Source: Ignavibacteriota bacterium (lineage in GTDB: Bacteria; Bacteroidota; Ignavibacteria; Palsa-1295). From it: a stretch of 64,000 nt of DNA. Numbering within the stretch: the first letter of the stretch is position 1; every line of letters starts with the position of its first letter. The notes under the pieces were generated by a model that was not told where the DNA came from, did not search any database, and worked only from the letters and a program-made list of their open reading frames with translations. The stretch covers positions 1,344,001-1,408,000 of the forward strand of contig CAWBEI010000002.1 in the NCBI GenBank assembly GCA_963787835.1, read 5' to 3'. The position numbers and the translations under genes were made by a program. Below are positions 16,701 to 25,171 of the stretch, one piece after another.

Positions 16701-17136
16701 GCGCCTTGCCGGTGCTTCGACCGATCAGGCCGTCGAAGAGATCGCAACGGAAATGCGCGACCGTTTTGGTCCGCTTCCCGAAGAAGCGATCGCGTTGTTG
16801 CACGTTGCAAAGGTCCGTGAACGCGCGAAGCTGCTGGGTGCGCGAAATGTAACATTCGAAGAACCAACGCGAACGCTTCGAATCCTTTTACCGAGAGAAT
16901 CCGAGGCGTTCTATTATCAGCACACCTTTCCGAAAATTCTCGATAGATTCTCGCTGATCGGTCAGCAGAACATTCGTATCGTGAGCGAAGCAAAATCGCT
17001 TCGGCTTATTATTCGCCTGAAAACCAAAGAGGAAGGCGAAGAACGTATGAAGGAGATCGAGGATGTGCTGGCGAAGTTGATGCCGTCCGAGGTGGTTGAG
17101 CCGCTGCCTAACGGACTGCCGCAGGAGCAGGTGTAA
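13717..17136 (+). CDS. mfd: transcription-repair coupling factor
   Basis: UvrB-like module (GDFAVRGGIIDVFP), CarD/RID domain, CGDVGYGKTE, DEEH, QLRGRVGRS and TRG motif. Confidence 0.97.
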   Translation: MTASSLFRLLSPVVQKLPAYTRFSELLLRDKGETLITNLVPSLDALLVAHAFVNESRPMLLIVEEASEAERLYDDLARLVDEESLALFSEGAHASILKRERQKRTQTAEATAQLLEAIERLAHSTNPIITITDAESLGTRLPRKRDFAGESLALASQSDAGFERLIRWLDAHHFERKNFVETAGDFAVRGGIIDVFPFTETLPIRIEFFGDTIESMREFDAISQRSIAGRGELVLVPNILTESETEAEATIFDYLAAGTVALTIEPDRVRAKMEESNVPLDVLNPLQNFTRFAISAFPASSASIIDFGSRTQPSFNANLKLIRKEIQRLSRDKFQTVLMSESKDLTKRLRDLMDDEGSEVEEAEHALNSTLQFIEPSLAFGFQIPDAHLAIYTEHELFGRRRERGASARKKAARTKGISLRELRALKRGDLLVHEDKGIGKFMGLETIVVGGKKQEVVRLVYRDNDVLFVNLDYIGRLSKYSAGETVGDPKLSKLGSAEWQRAKDRTKKRLKDIARNLIQLYAKRKQAEGFAFSPDDIIQREMEAAFLYDDTPDQAKATEDLKKDMQSAHPMDRLVCGDVGYGKTEVAMRAAMKAVLDKKQVAVLVPTTILAEQHFRTFSDRLDRFGVKCASLSRFRTHKEQTAILKDLAEGKIDILIGTHRILSKDIIFKDLGLLIIDEEHRFGVAAKEKLRELRANVDTLTLTATPIPRTLNFSLLGARDLSIMETPPRNRLPIMTEVVPGFDENSIGEAIKRELARGGQIYAITDRVNDIELFMNKLREVAPRARVGLVHGQMPPSSIEKAMKSFLERKIDILVATKIVESGLDVPNANTIIINRAQNFGLAELYQLRGRVGRSNEQAYCYLIAPPVSQLTPDALRRLEAMEEFSELGAGFQLAMRDLEIRGAGNLLGAEQSGFINEIGFDLYQKTVEEAVDELKREEFQELFKDEIASEKRTAFGRKRISGEGEVTVSLGSDALIPENYIEDDAERFGFYQRLAGASTDQAVEEIATEMRDRFGPLPEEAIALLHVAKVRERAKLLGARNVTFEEPTRTLRILLPRESEAFYYQHTFPKILDRFSLIGQQNIRIVSEAKSLRLIIRLKTKEEGEERMKEIEDVLAKLMPSEVVEPLPNGLPQEQV

Positions 17137-17410
17137 TGTCCGTTTTGTATTCGAAGGGCATGCGTTCCCAATCGACGGGTATGCCGTGTTTCATGGAATG
17201 AACGAGCTCGCGAATTTCGCTCATGGTAAAGCGAAATCGTTGTGCTTCGTTGGTAAAGATAAACGTTGGGTTCTCACCGGGCACGAACTCAGCCAGGAAC
17301 AGGGAACCGTGATCGAGATACTCCGCAAAGAAATCGAGCAGCTTCTTATCTTCGACGGTGAGAAGGAAATCGGAACGAGCGGAAAGGATCTCGATGAGGC
17401 GGTCGTTCAT
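17108..17410 (-). CDS. hypothetical protein (100 aa)
   Basis: ATG-started ORF filling the gap after mfd, with protein-like composition. Overlaps the mfd 3' end by 29 bp. Confidence 0.55.
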   Translation of the reverse strand: MNDRLIEILSARSDFLLTVEDKKLLDFFAEYLDHGSLFLAEFVPGENPTFIFTNEAQRFRFTMSEIRELVHSMKHGIPVDWERMPFEYKTDITPAPAAVR

Positions 17411-17440
17411 GTTCAGTACCTAAAATAAAGTATAATTACC

Positions 17441-17581
17441 GTCACTGCGAGGAGAATCGAACGACCGGAGGAAGTTCGATTCGACGAAGCAATCTCTTGA
17501 CTTCGAGATCGAGATTGCTTCGTCGAAATCACTCCGCCGCATCGCCGACGATGCGGCGGAGTGATTCCTTCTCGCAATGAC
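17441..17581. repeat. palindromic element family A (GTCAYTGCGAG...GAAGCAATC/GATTGCTTC...CTCGCAATGAC)
   Basis: Terminal and internal inverted repeats with nested hairpins; inverted sister copy at 47770-47903. Confidence 0.9.
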
Positions 17582-17602
17582 TGGTACTTACTTACTCAGT
17601 AC

Positions 17603-19318
17603 TCAGCGAATAATTTCTACTCGCTTCGAGACGGTGCTTACTCCATCGCTGATACGCACAATGTAAGCGCCAGCCATGAGTGCACTGGTGTTCAGGTGGA
17701 TAGAGAGATCATCCGTGGAATAGGTTGCCGATACCACATGTCCTAAAAGATCGAGCAACTGCATGGTGACCTGTTTGGGACTTGTCTGCGTATATTGCAC
17801 GACGATCTCCTGCCCATTTGACGCAGGATTCGGGAAGATATTCGTAATAGAAAGACCGCTCGGCGCCGCGCTGTTCCCCGCCACACCCATGTTAGCCAAT
17901 TTCTCGATCGTATCGACGGCATCATACGCGGGTGTTACGCCATCATTCGGCAGTACCTGAATTTCGACGACTGCAGATGTATCCGGTACGGTCCAGACAA
18001 AGGACGTATCCATATCATTATTCGCCAGAGGGGTGAATGTAACAAACCCTCCGCTGGAAGTCTGAATAGAATATTGTAATTTAACCCCGCCGACAGAGTA
18101 TTTTGTCCACCGGATGGTGTCCATGCTGCCTGCTTTAAGTACGATCCCGCTCGGAGGGTTCAGGATCTTGACAAACGGAGAATATGCAATGGTAAAGTTA
18201 CTATCCTGTATTGAAATAAGAGATGGATAGTTCACTGCGACGAGTTTGATCTTACCCTGGGTCGTAAGAGAATCGGGAACCGTCCAGTTGATTGGGCTTG
18301 CGCTTGAATTAGAAAAAAAGCGCCAGGTTGTGCCGTTGTCTAATGAGTAGTATGCCGCCACACCACCCTGTAAATTTGTAGAACTGTAATAAATCGATGC
18401 CGGTGGCGGTCCCGGATGCAAGGTGTCTCCGTCAATAAGGTAATCAGCGAGCGCCAGCGTGGGTGGTGGTGGCTGTAGTGAGTCAAGACCAGCTTTCAGT
18501 TGGACAGCATCGACGACGCTAAAGTTACCCTGGCTAACATCTTCGATAAATGCGATGAGCCTCATATTGGCCCAATTGAATGCAGGGAAATAGTCCGGAT
18601 CGTTTGGACCAGGAAGAACAGATACTTTAAACGAAACAGTCTTTTGTGCTCCGGCAGCACCGCCGCCCGGAAAGACGGTGTAACCAGAATTGGAATTGGT
18701 GATGTATCGAACAACATCATTCAACGTTGTGCTCGAGCCAGAATTCAAGGTATCGTGAACTTGATCCTGAACGACGGCATATCGGATAACGAGTGAATCG
18801 GCAACGCTGCTGTTAAGAGTCACTTGAACGTCCGCATGGAGGACATAAGCATTCGCATTTGTTTTATCCAAGGTCGCATCAAGGAGTGTAATGTCGTCAG
18901 GCGCGGGCGGTGGATATCCATTGTCAATAGCGTTTGACCAATCGCTGGGATCTGAACTTCCGCGCGTACCTGTGCTGCCGAACGTAGTACGGTTCACTGC
19001 ACCCCAGAATACCACATTTCCAGGGGGAAGGACATAACCTGCAGCCGCAAACGAGTATGCATTTTGTAAAAAGTCGCACTCATTCCCGAAATGATGATCC
19101 AAGTGAATGATTTTTGATTGCTCACTGGAAACGGTCGAGCTCACATTCGCATCGAATGTATTGCGTATTTGGGTTGCGGCGGAGCCGGTAGGGTCGCAGC
19201 TATTTGTAAAGGTTTCAAAGAGGACGTAATGCGGCAGCGACGTTTGCCCCAAAACCCTTGGTGAAACGAGTGCACTGAGAATAAAAAAGAAGGAAGCAGA
19301 ACGGAAAAATTGTTTCAT
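17603..19318 (-). CDS. secreted Omp28-like/Ig-domain protein with T9SS C-terminal sorting domain
   Basis: Signal peptide, YVLFETFTNSC (Omp28-like start), Ig-like WTVPD repeats, C-terminal IFPNPAS...DLLGH...GAYIVRI. Confidence 0.7.
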   Translation of the reverse strand: MKQFFRSASFFFILSALVSPRVLGQTSLPHYVLFETFTNSCDPTGSAATQIRNTFDANVSSTVSSEQSKIIHLDHHFGNECDFLQNAYSFAAAGYVLPPGNVVFWGAVNRTTFGSTGTRGSSDPSDWSNAIDNGYPPPAPDDITLLDATLDKTNANAYVLHADVQVTLNSSVADSLVIRYAVVQDQVHDTLNSGSSTTLNDVVRYITNSNSGYTVFPGGGAAGAQKTVSFKVSVLPGPNDPDYFPAFNWANMRLIAFIEDVSQGNFSVVDAVQLKAGLDSLQPPPPTLALADYLIDGDTLHPGPPPASIYYSSTNLQGGVAAYYSLDNGTTWRFFSNSSASPINWTVPDSLTTQGKIKLVAVNYPSLISIQDSNFTIAYSPFVKILNPPSGIVLKAGSMDTIRWTKYSVGGVKLQYSIQTSSGGFVTFTPLANNDMDTSFVWTVPDTSAVVEIQVLPNDGVTPAYDAVDTIEKLANMGVAGNSAAPSGLSITNIFPNPASNGQEIVVQYTQTSPKQVTMQLLDLLGHVVSATYSTDDLSIHLNTSALMAGAYIVRISDGVSTVSKRVEIIR

Positions 19319-19417
19319 AGCAATTAGGAAATTATAGGTTAAGCAACACACGGAACGGCAGTTTTGCGCCCGAAGAGTTAGGATCAAGAACGATAGTATT
19401 AGGGGAAGAACCGGATT

Positions 19418-19460
19418 AAAAAAGAAATAGCGTGCTCAGGCTTTGAAGGCCCGAGCACGC
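19418..19460 (-). terminator. intrinsic terminator after the small lipoprotein gene
   Basis: GCGTGCTC-GGGCC...GCCT-GAGCACGC hairpin followed by TATTTCTTTTTT on the minus strand. Confidence 0.6.
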
Positions 19461-19559
19461 CAATTTCAAATTCAGCCAAAGGATGTGCGAACAATCAGTC
19501 CTCCATTGAAGGGGGACATACTATTCGTAGTATCCGAAGGTGAAAAAGTAGATGAAGGG

Positions 19560-19829
19560 TTACTTCATGTCCTTTTTCATCGTCTTCTTTTCGGTCGTGG
19601 TCGTCGTCGTGGTTGACATTCCGCCCATCGCCTTTTTGCTGGAATCCATCATTTTGCTGGAATCCATTGGTGGTGGTGGTGGGGGTGGGGGCGGCGTCGC
19701 CGGCGCGGTGGTCGTCGTCGTCGATGATGTCGAATCCATGGTGGCGTTATCGGATTTCTTCGAACACGAAGACATCCCGCCTACAAATGCTACTAATGCA
19801 CCAAGCACAATGAGTTTACGAAGCCTCAT
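19560..19829 (-). CDS. small low-complexity lipoprotein (Thr/Pro/Met/Lys-rich)
   Basis: Signal peptide with lipobox MSSC, GAGG upstream of the ATG and a downstream terminator. Confidence 0.75.
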   Translation of the reverse strand: MRLRKLIVLGALVAFVGGMSSCSKKSDNATMDSTSSTTTTTAPATPPPPPPPPPMDSSKMMDSSKKAMGGMSTTTTTTTEKKTMKKDMK

Positions 19830-20050
19830 GGCAATTTACCTCTTAGTTTAGTTAATGAAAAACACTTCCACACGCTGCGGTAAAAATCAGCAATAGTGCC
19901 TAATTTTTACACAAATAATTGCTTATTTGTTGCAAAATGTGAAATTTAATGGAAAAGGAACGGCAATCGGTTAAGCCTAACAGTCAAGCCGACAGGCAGC
20001 CCTGACGCAATTCATCGTCCAAATAAGTTAATTGTCAAAAAGAACTGCTA

Positions 20051-20058
20051 CAAAGATA
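20051..20058 (-). promoter_or_regulatory. -7 promoter box (TATCTTTG) upstream of the lipoprotein gene
   Basis: cgTATCTTTG matches TAnnTTTG and would give a leader of about 215 nt. Confidence 0.5.
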
Positions 20059-20143
20059 CGAAGCCGAAGGCGAGAAAACAATAGGTTGCTACAGAAAAAT
20101 CCTTACAGACTCTGATTATCGTACAAAAATGGGAAAAATTAAT

Positions 20144-20322
20144 ACTCGCCCATTCCTGCAGGACCCTGCAATACATGCCTTATATACTCCGTAAACTTCT
20201 ACGGATAATCGCTCATCGCATAAGATTCACCGCAAAAACTGCTGCTCACTCGCTTACGACCGTCTATCCGTTGCGGGCGATCCCCGCTCGGGACGCCTGT
20301 TAAGGGCGCCAAAAGTCCTCTA
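20144..20322 (-). ncRNA. candidate structured non-coding RNA (6S-like rod architecture)
   Basis: Own TAnnTTTG box at 20331-20338; 5'/3' ends complementary (CGCCC..CAGG..CCC / GGG..CCUG..GGGCG); long internal stem ACGGAUAG..UAAG / CUUA..UUAUCCGU; no ORF. Confidence 0.4.
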
Positions 20323-20330
20323 TCTTTATG

Positions 20331-20338
20331 CAAAGATA
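20331..20338 (-). promoter_or_regulatory. -7 promoter box (TATCTTTG) driving the ncRNA candidate
   Basis: cgTATCTTTG, identical 10-mer to the box at 20051-20060. Confidence 0.5.
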
Positions 20339-20383
20339 CGACATTCAGAAGCCGGACGCTTGAATTGTGTCTCTGGGCAAACG

Positions 20384-21556
20384 TCAGGATTCATCTCTGA
20401 TGCGAGCCATCTCATTGGTTACTGCATCAATTTCATCCAACGTATTGTAGAAATGCGGCGCGATACGAATTCCAAGCGGGGGCCGGAAATCCACCATGAA
20501 TCTGCGCCGGATAAGCTCATTGCACACTTGCTTGGCTGATAGCTTCGAATTCTTCCGGTCGCCGATGGGATCGATCGTGAGTGCTCCGCCACGCCGCTCT
20601 ACATTTCTTGGAGAATTAACAATGAATCCGAATTCATCTGAGCGTTCTATAAGGCGGTCGGTAAGTGTGATCGATTTTTGTCGAATGGCTTCCACTCCGA
20701 TCTCTGCAAAAATCTTCAAAGCCGGGCGGGCAGCATAAAGCGGAGGCACCTGGATCGTTGATGTGAGGAAACGGTGCATGCCATCGGCAAAATCAATGTT
20801 CGGCATGTGAAATTCGAACGGCTGCTTATCGCCAAGCCATCCACGAATAGCGGGCTGGAACTGCTCTTGCAAGTCGCGCCGAACATACATAAACGATGCA
20901 CCCGGCCCGCCGCATAGCCATTTGAGAACGCCGGTGGCGAGAATATCTACATTCAGATCCTTTACATCGATGGGGATAACTCCGGCAGCCTGATAGGAAT
21001 CCAGCATGACGAGCGCACCCATTTTGTGCGTGTGCTCGATAATGGGTTTTACATTCTGCAACCCTCCGGAACGAAAATACACGTGCGAAAGCGCAACGAG
21101 TTTGGTGTCTTCATCGATCGCTTCAATATACTTTTCTGTTTCCGTCCAGATTCCATCACTTTGGATAACATGCGGAACGGCACCATATTTTTTCCATCCC
21201 TGCCAGAGATAAGAGATGGTCGGGAAATGCAGATCGGAATACACGATCTTGTTTCTCTTTCCCGTAAAATCCAAACAGCTCCCAATGAGCGCAGAGCCAA
21301 TGGTGAGATTATGAATGAGTGTTATATCCCGCCCCTCCGCGCCGATAAGCGGAGCAAAGAGCGTGCTCATCTCATCGACCATCGGGAACCACTCGTTCCA
21401 GGATTCCACGCCTTCACGAGACCAAATGTCGAAATACGACCGCAATTCCTCTTCCACGCCGCGAGGTACCGCCCCAAGCGAATTTGAGATGAGATACGTG
21501 CTCGTTCCTGTGATAGGGAATTGATTTCGGTATTTATCTGCTAAATTGTCCATCAT
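20384..21556 (-). CDS. class V PLP-dependent enzyme, kynureninase-like
   Basis: YLISNSLGAVP, DSYQAAG and LKWLCGGPG (PLP lysine). Confidence 0.8.
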   Translation of the reverse strand: MMDNLADKYRNQFPITGTSTYLISNSLGAVPRGVEEELRSYFDIWSREGVESWNEWFPMVDEMSTLFAPLIGAEGRDITLIHNLTIGSALIGSCLDFTGKRNKIVYSDLHFPTISYLWQGWKKYGAVPHVIQSDGIWTETEKYIEAIDEDTKLVALSHVYFRSGGLQNVKPIIEHTHKMGALVMLDSYQAAGVIPIDVKDLNVDILATGVLKWLCGGPGASFMYVRRDLQEQFQPAIRGWLGDKQPFEFHMPNIDFADGMHRFLTSTIQVPPLYAARPALKIFAEIGVEAIRQKSITLTDRLIERSDEFGFIVNSPRNVERRGGALTIDPIGDRKNSKLSAKQVCNELIRRRFMVDFRPPLGIRIAPHFYNTLDEIDAVTNEMARIRDES

Positions 21557-21557
21557 T

Positions 21558-21636
21558 TGTAGGGACGTGCTGCGCACGTCCGATTTCGTTTTTCAAAAAT
21601 AGTACATGGGGAAGGACGTGCGCAGCACGTCCCTAC
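21558..21636. repeat. GTAG-type REP doublet; supplies the coaBC stop codon
   Basis: GTAGGGACGTGCTGCGCACGTCC ... GGACGTGCGCAGCACGTCCCTAC inverted pair. The coaBC TAG is the TAG of GTAG. Confidence 0.85.
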
Positions 21637-22961
21637 GGTTTCGCGATAATTCTATTCAATATCTCCTTCGCGCATTCTTCCTTCGACATCAGCGGCAGCG
21701 CGATTCGCTCTCCCGATCTCGTAAAGATGGTGATCTTATTTGTATCGTATCCGAATCCTGCGCCTTCATCGGCGATATTGTTGAGTACGATCATATCGAG
21801 ATCTTTCTTCGCGAGTTTTTTCGAGCATAGGCTTCAGCTTCATCGCCTTTTTCGAGCGCGAACCCAACAATAATTTGTCCCGGCCGTTTCTTTTTTGATA
21901 TTTCCGCAAGAATATCCGGCGTTTTTCGGAGCGTGAGGGTCATCGTGTCGCCGGTGCCTTTTTTCATCTTGCCCTCGCTCGTGTGCTCGGGTGCGAAATC
22001 GGCGACAGCAGCGGACATAATGATAATATCGGCATCGGGAGCTTCGATGGATACGACTTCCAGCATTTCTTCGGCGCTTTCCACATCAATGCGAATAACC
22101 CCCTCCTGCGCAAGGAGGGGGAAGGGGGTGGTTGGCCCCATCACAAGTGTTACATCCGCGCCCATGCGCTTTGCCTCGATTGCTATCGCCGCCGCCATTT
22201 TCCCGCTGGAACGATTCCCAATGAAGCGCACGGCATCGATCGGCTCATACGTCGGCCCTCCGGTAATGAGCACACGCTTTCCCTGTAGCGCCGGGCGCAT
22301 CGTCGACGATGCTTTCCTCGCGGGTTCCCATTTTGCGGGAGTGGGAACCGGCGAGGACGCCGGCGCTACAAGAGTAGAGAATTTTTGAACAATATCCACT
22401 GGCTCCGGCATTCGGCCCATCCCTGTCAATCCGCTTGCAAGTGGACCAACCACCGGTTCGATAACGATCACACCATTCCGTTTCAGCCACGCTAGATTTT
22501 CCTGCACCACTGGTTGCAGCCACATATCCTCATCCATCGCCGGAACGATAACGAGTGGTGTACCTTTTGGCAGGGAAGCCGCGGCGAGTGTAACGGCATT
22601 ATCATAAATTCCCGCCCGCAGCATCCCGATCGCCGAAGCCGAGCATGGCGCAATGAGCATGGCATCGGCGCTGCGGGCAAGATGGACATGCCAGGTCTCC
22701 GAACTCCCCCTCCTATGCAGCGAAGCGGAATAGGAGGGGGCTGGGGGGTGGTCTTTTGAAGAAAAGATACTGCCCGATAACCTCCTGCCCCGTTGCTTCC
22801 GTCATTTCTTCACGGCTTACGAACTGCTCGGCGCTTTCCGTCATCACGCACGTAACGCTCGCACCCGAGCGCGCAAGCTCGCGCGCAACCGCTGGCGCTT
22901 TTATCGCCGCGATCGAGCCGGTTACACCGAGAATAATGCGTTTGTTTTGGGGGGATGACAT
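21633..22961 (-). CDS. coaBC: bifunctional phosphopantothenoylcysteine decarboxylase/synthetase; two apparent frameshifts (about 22773 and 21816-21821)
   Basis: ILGVTGSIAAIK, WHVHLARSADAMLIAP, PAMDEDMW, ITGGPTYEPIDAVRFIGNRSSGKM, AAVADF, VGFALE. After correcting the A-run the frame continues KDLDMIVLN...GFGYDTNKITI...LMSKEECAKEILNRI*. Confidence 0.9.
22097..22133 (-). repeat. short family C palindrome inside coaBC (encodes TTPFPLLAQEGV)
   Basis: AACCACCCCCTTCCCCCTCCTTGCGCAGGAGGGGGTT; same architecture as the 22704 and 41877 elements. Confidence 0.7.
22284..22370. repeat. GTAG-type palindrome in-frame in the CoaC-CoaB linker
   Basis: TGTAGCGCCGG...CCGGCGCTACA termini, 87 bp (29 codons), with nested GCATCGTCGACGATGC and GGTTCCCA/TGGGAACC hairpins. 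Confidence 0.85.
22704..22752 (-). repeat. family C 49-bp palindrome inside the coaBC N-domain
   Basis: ACCACCCCCCAGCCCCCTCCTATTCCGCTTCGCTGCATAGGAGGGGGAG; 46/49 identical to 41877-41925. Confidence 0.9.
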
Positions 22962-23028
22962 AATGAATGGGAACGAACGAAAATAGAGTTGCTTCTCGTT
23001 TCCAGTCCATCTTTTTATTCGTCAATCT

Positions 23029-25077
23029 ATGAAACGTGTTTTATTTCTTGTAGTCTTACTTATTTCCACCAATGTTTTCGCTCAATGGCAGCATCTTCCC
23101 GGACCTTATGGTGCTTTGGCAACGAATTTTGCCGGCCTGAGCAGCGACACGAATTTTATTCTTGTAGGCACGAACTACGGTGCTTACCGCACAACGGATG
23201 GCGGGCAATCGTGGCTGCTTTCAGGCTTCGCCGATTCCAATGTGAGTCAAATTTTGTGCATCCCGTTCAATGGTCAGGATGTATTTCTTGCTTTGGTCAA
23301 TCCTGCTTTTTCCCCCGGGGGAGGAATGTTTCGATCTTTCGATTCTGGGCAAAGCTGGGAACTGCTCCCAAACGGCCATAATACTCTTTGTGCGCTTGGC
23401 GATACTCTCTTTGGAAACGGCGGCATCGAGATCGATTGGTCTTTCGATGCTGGTTCAACATGGCATGTATTTTCAATGTTGCCTTCAAATATTGGGCTTG
23501 TTCAACTATTTACAAGCGGGGATTATCTTTTGGCATACATAAAGGATACCACTTTCCTCCGATGGAATAGCGCAGTTGGCTGGGATACTTCTTTGTTCAT
23601 TGACATCATGGAGCCACAAGCTTTTGCTGCAAGCGGAAATAATGTTATCGCTGGCACTTATGGTGGAGTATCAATTTCTTCTGACAATGGGCTGGATTGG
23701 ATTCGGCCAAATAATGTTGGGATTAATTCCTTCGTGCCGGTCCAGAATTTGACTGCTAACGATTCCATAATATTATTCTCTCTCGATGATGAAATATTTC
23801 GTTCTTCTAACCAAGGGAACAGCTGGCAAATCGTATCACTTAACCACGGATTAACGCAGGTGGCATATTTAGGAACAGTCAATGGAGTCTTTTTCGCATC
23901 GGACGGAATGGGGTTTTACAAATCCAACGATGGATTGAATTGGTCATTCATAACAACAAATGGGATTCCTGAAGCAACGATATGGTCGTTGGTGGCCGTT
24001 AATGACACTTTGTATGCGGCCTTGTCGGAGGGAATTATTTATAGTACCGATCACGGCATGACATGGCCTTCATCAAACATTATTTTACAAGATAGCGGAG
24101 TCAGATACTTGACTGAGCAGAATAACGAACTTGTTCCATATGGCAACGGATTTTGGAAAAAATCTTCGAATGGCACTTGGTATAATCCCTCGGGAATCGA
24201 GATAGAGCAGCTTACATACGAGAGTGGAATTTGGTATGGCATAATTGAAGGCGATCAGGTTGGCAAAAGCACCGATAGCGGCTACTCCTGGGAAAATATT
24301 TCTGGAGGGCTTCCAACAGATAGTGGCGTTACACTAATTTGTCCTGCTTATGGCCGTCTTTTCGCTATCGAAGGCGATGGAGCGATTTACGTTTCTTATG
24401 ATTCGGGTTCCATTTGGACATTCCTGTCTTCTTATCCCAATTCCATTTATGCGGAAAACTATGCGGTTAATTCCTTTGGTTTTTTTGTTGGAACGGACGA
24501 AGGACTAATCTGGTCTTCCGATTCCTGTGTTACCTGGAGTATCGACTCTGCTCTTTGGAACATCGATATTGAAGTTCTCCAAAATTTTAACGGTGGCATT
24601 TTGGCTGGAGTATACGGAGATAACGATAGCGGAGTTAATTTCGACCTTCTTTTTACTTCAAACGGTAAAAAGTGGACATCCATTTCCCCAAAATTTTTCA
24701 ATATTTTTTCCATTGCAGCGGATGACCAATATGCATATATTGGGCTGTGGGATGATGGCATTTGGCGCACGCCCCTTTCCGATTTACCGACAAGCAGCGT
24801 ATCAGTTCAGCAGCCTTCCTCGATTTCCCTATCAATTTTTCCTAATCCATCATCATCCTCATCCACCATTTCTTTCTATCTTCCCGTGCACAGCTACATT
24901 TCTCTCAACCTCTACGATGAACTCGGCATCCTGCGTTCATCAATTTTCGAGGGTGAGATGGATGCAGGACAGCACAATATTCCTTTTGCCGATCCGAGTT
25001 TGTCAAATGGGATATACGAGGTTGTGCTTTCGACGGCAATAAATCGCTCCGTCGCCCGTCTTGTTCTGGAGAGATAA
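23029..25077 (+). CDS. secreted BNR/Asp-box beta-propeller protein with T9SS C-terminal domain
   Basis: Repeated S-x-D-x-G-x-x-W boxes, GIWRTPLSD and IFPNPS...GIYEVVL; AT-richer than its neighbours. Confidence 0.8.
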   Translation: MKRVLFLVVLLISTNVFAQWQHLPGPYGALATNFAGLSSDTNFILVGTNYGAYRTTDGGQSWLLSGFADSNVSQILCIPFNGQDVFLALVNPAFSPGGGMFRSFDSGQSWELLPNGHNTLCALGDTLFGNGGIEIDWSFDAGSTWHVFSMLPSNIGLVQLFTSGDYLLAYIKDTTFLRWNSAVGWDTSLFIDIMEPQAFAASGNNVIAGTYGGVSISSDNGLDWIRPNNVGINSFVPVQNLTANDSIILFSLDDEIFRSSNQGNSWQIVSLNHGLTQVAYLGTVNGVFFASDGMGFYKSNDGLNWSFITTNGIPEATIWSLVAVNDTLYAALSEGIIYSTDHGMTWPSSNIILQDSGVRYLTEQNNELVPYGNGFWKKSSNGTWYNPSGIEIEQLTYESGIWYGIIEGDQVGKSTDSGYSWENISGGLPTDSGVTLICPAYGRLFAIEGDGAIYVSYDSGSIWTFLSSYPNSIYAENYAVNSFGFFVGTDEGLIWSSDSCVTWSIDSALWNIDIEVLQNFNGGILAGVYGDNDSGVNFDLLFTSNGKKWTSISPKFFNIFSIAADDQYAYIGLWDDGIWRTPLSDLPTSSVSVQQPSSISLSIFPNPSSSSSTISFYLPVHSYISLNLYDELGILRSSIFEGEMDAGQHNIPFADPSLSNGIYEVVLSTAINRSVARLVLER

Positions 25078-25171
25078 TTTACCACCCCTCACCGAACCCC
25101 TCCCCAGTTGGGAGCGGCAGAAGCAAAGGTCAACCGAACTCTCGTATTTACCAAAGGGTTTAGCTCCGTAC

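Noticed and set aside
17096-17428. Plus-strand 110-aa ORF after mfd
   Set aside because: Starts inside mfd with a weak start; the minus-strand ATG ORF is more plausible, though neither is proven.
19552-19851. Plus-strand 99-aa Val/Gly-rich ORF
   Set aside because: Mirror of the minus-strand lipoprotein, which has the lipobox, RBS, promoter and terminator.
20144-20322. Retron msr-msd interpretation of the structured RNA
   Set aside because: No reverse transcriptase in the window and the terminal repeats are imperfect.
22713-22961. Separate 82-aa gene or naturally split coaC
   Set aside because: The break falls inside the flavoprotein domain and one base removal restores a continuous CoaBC.
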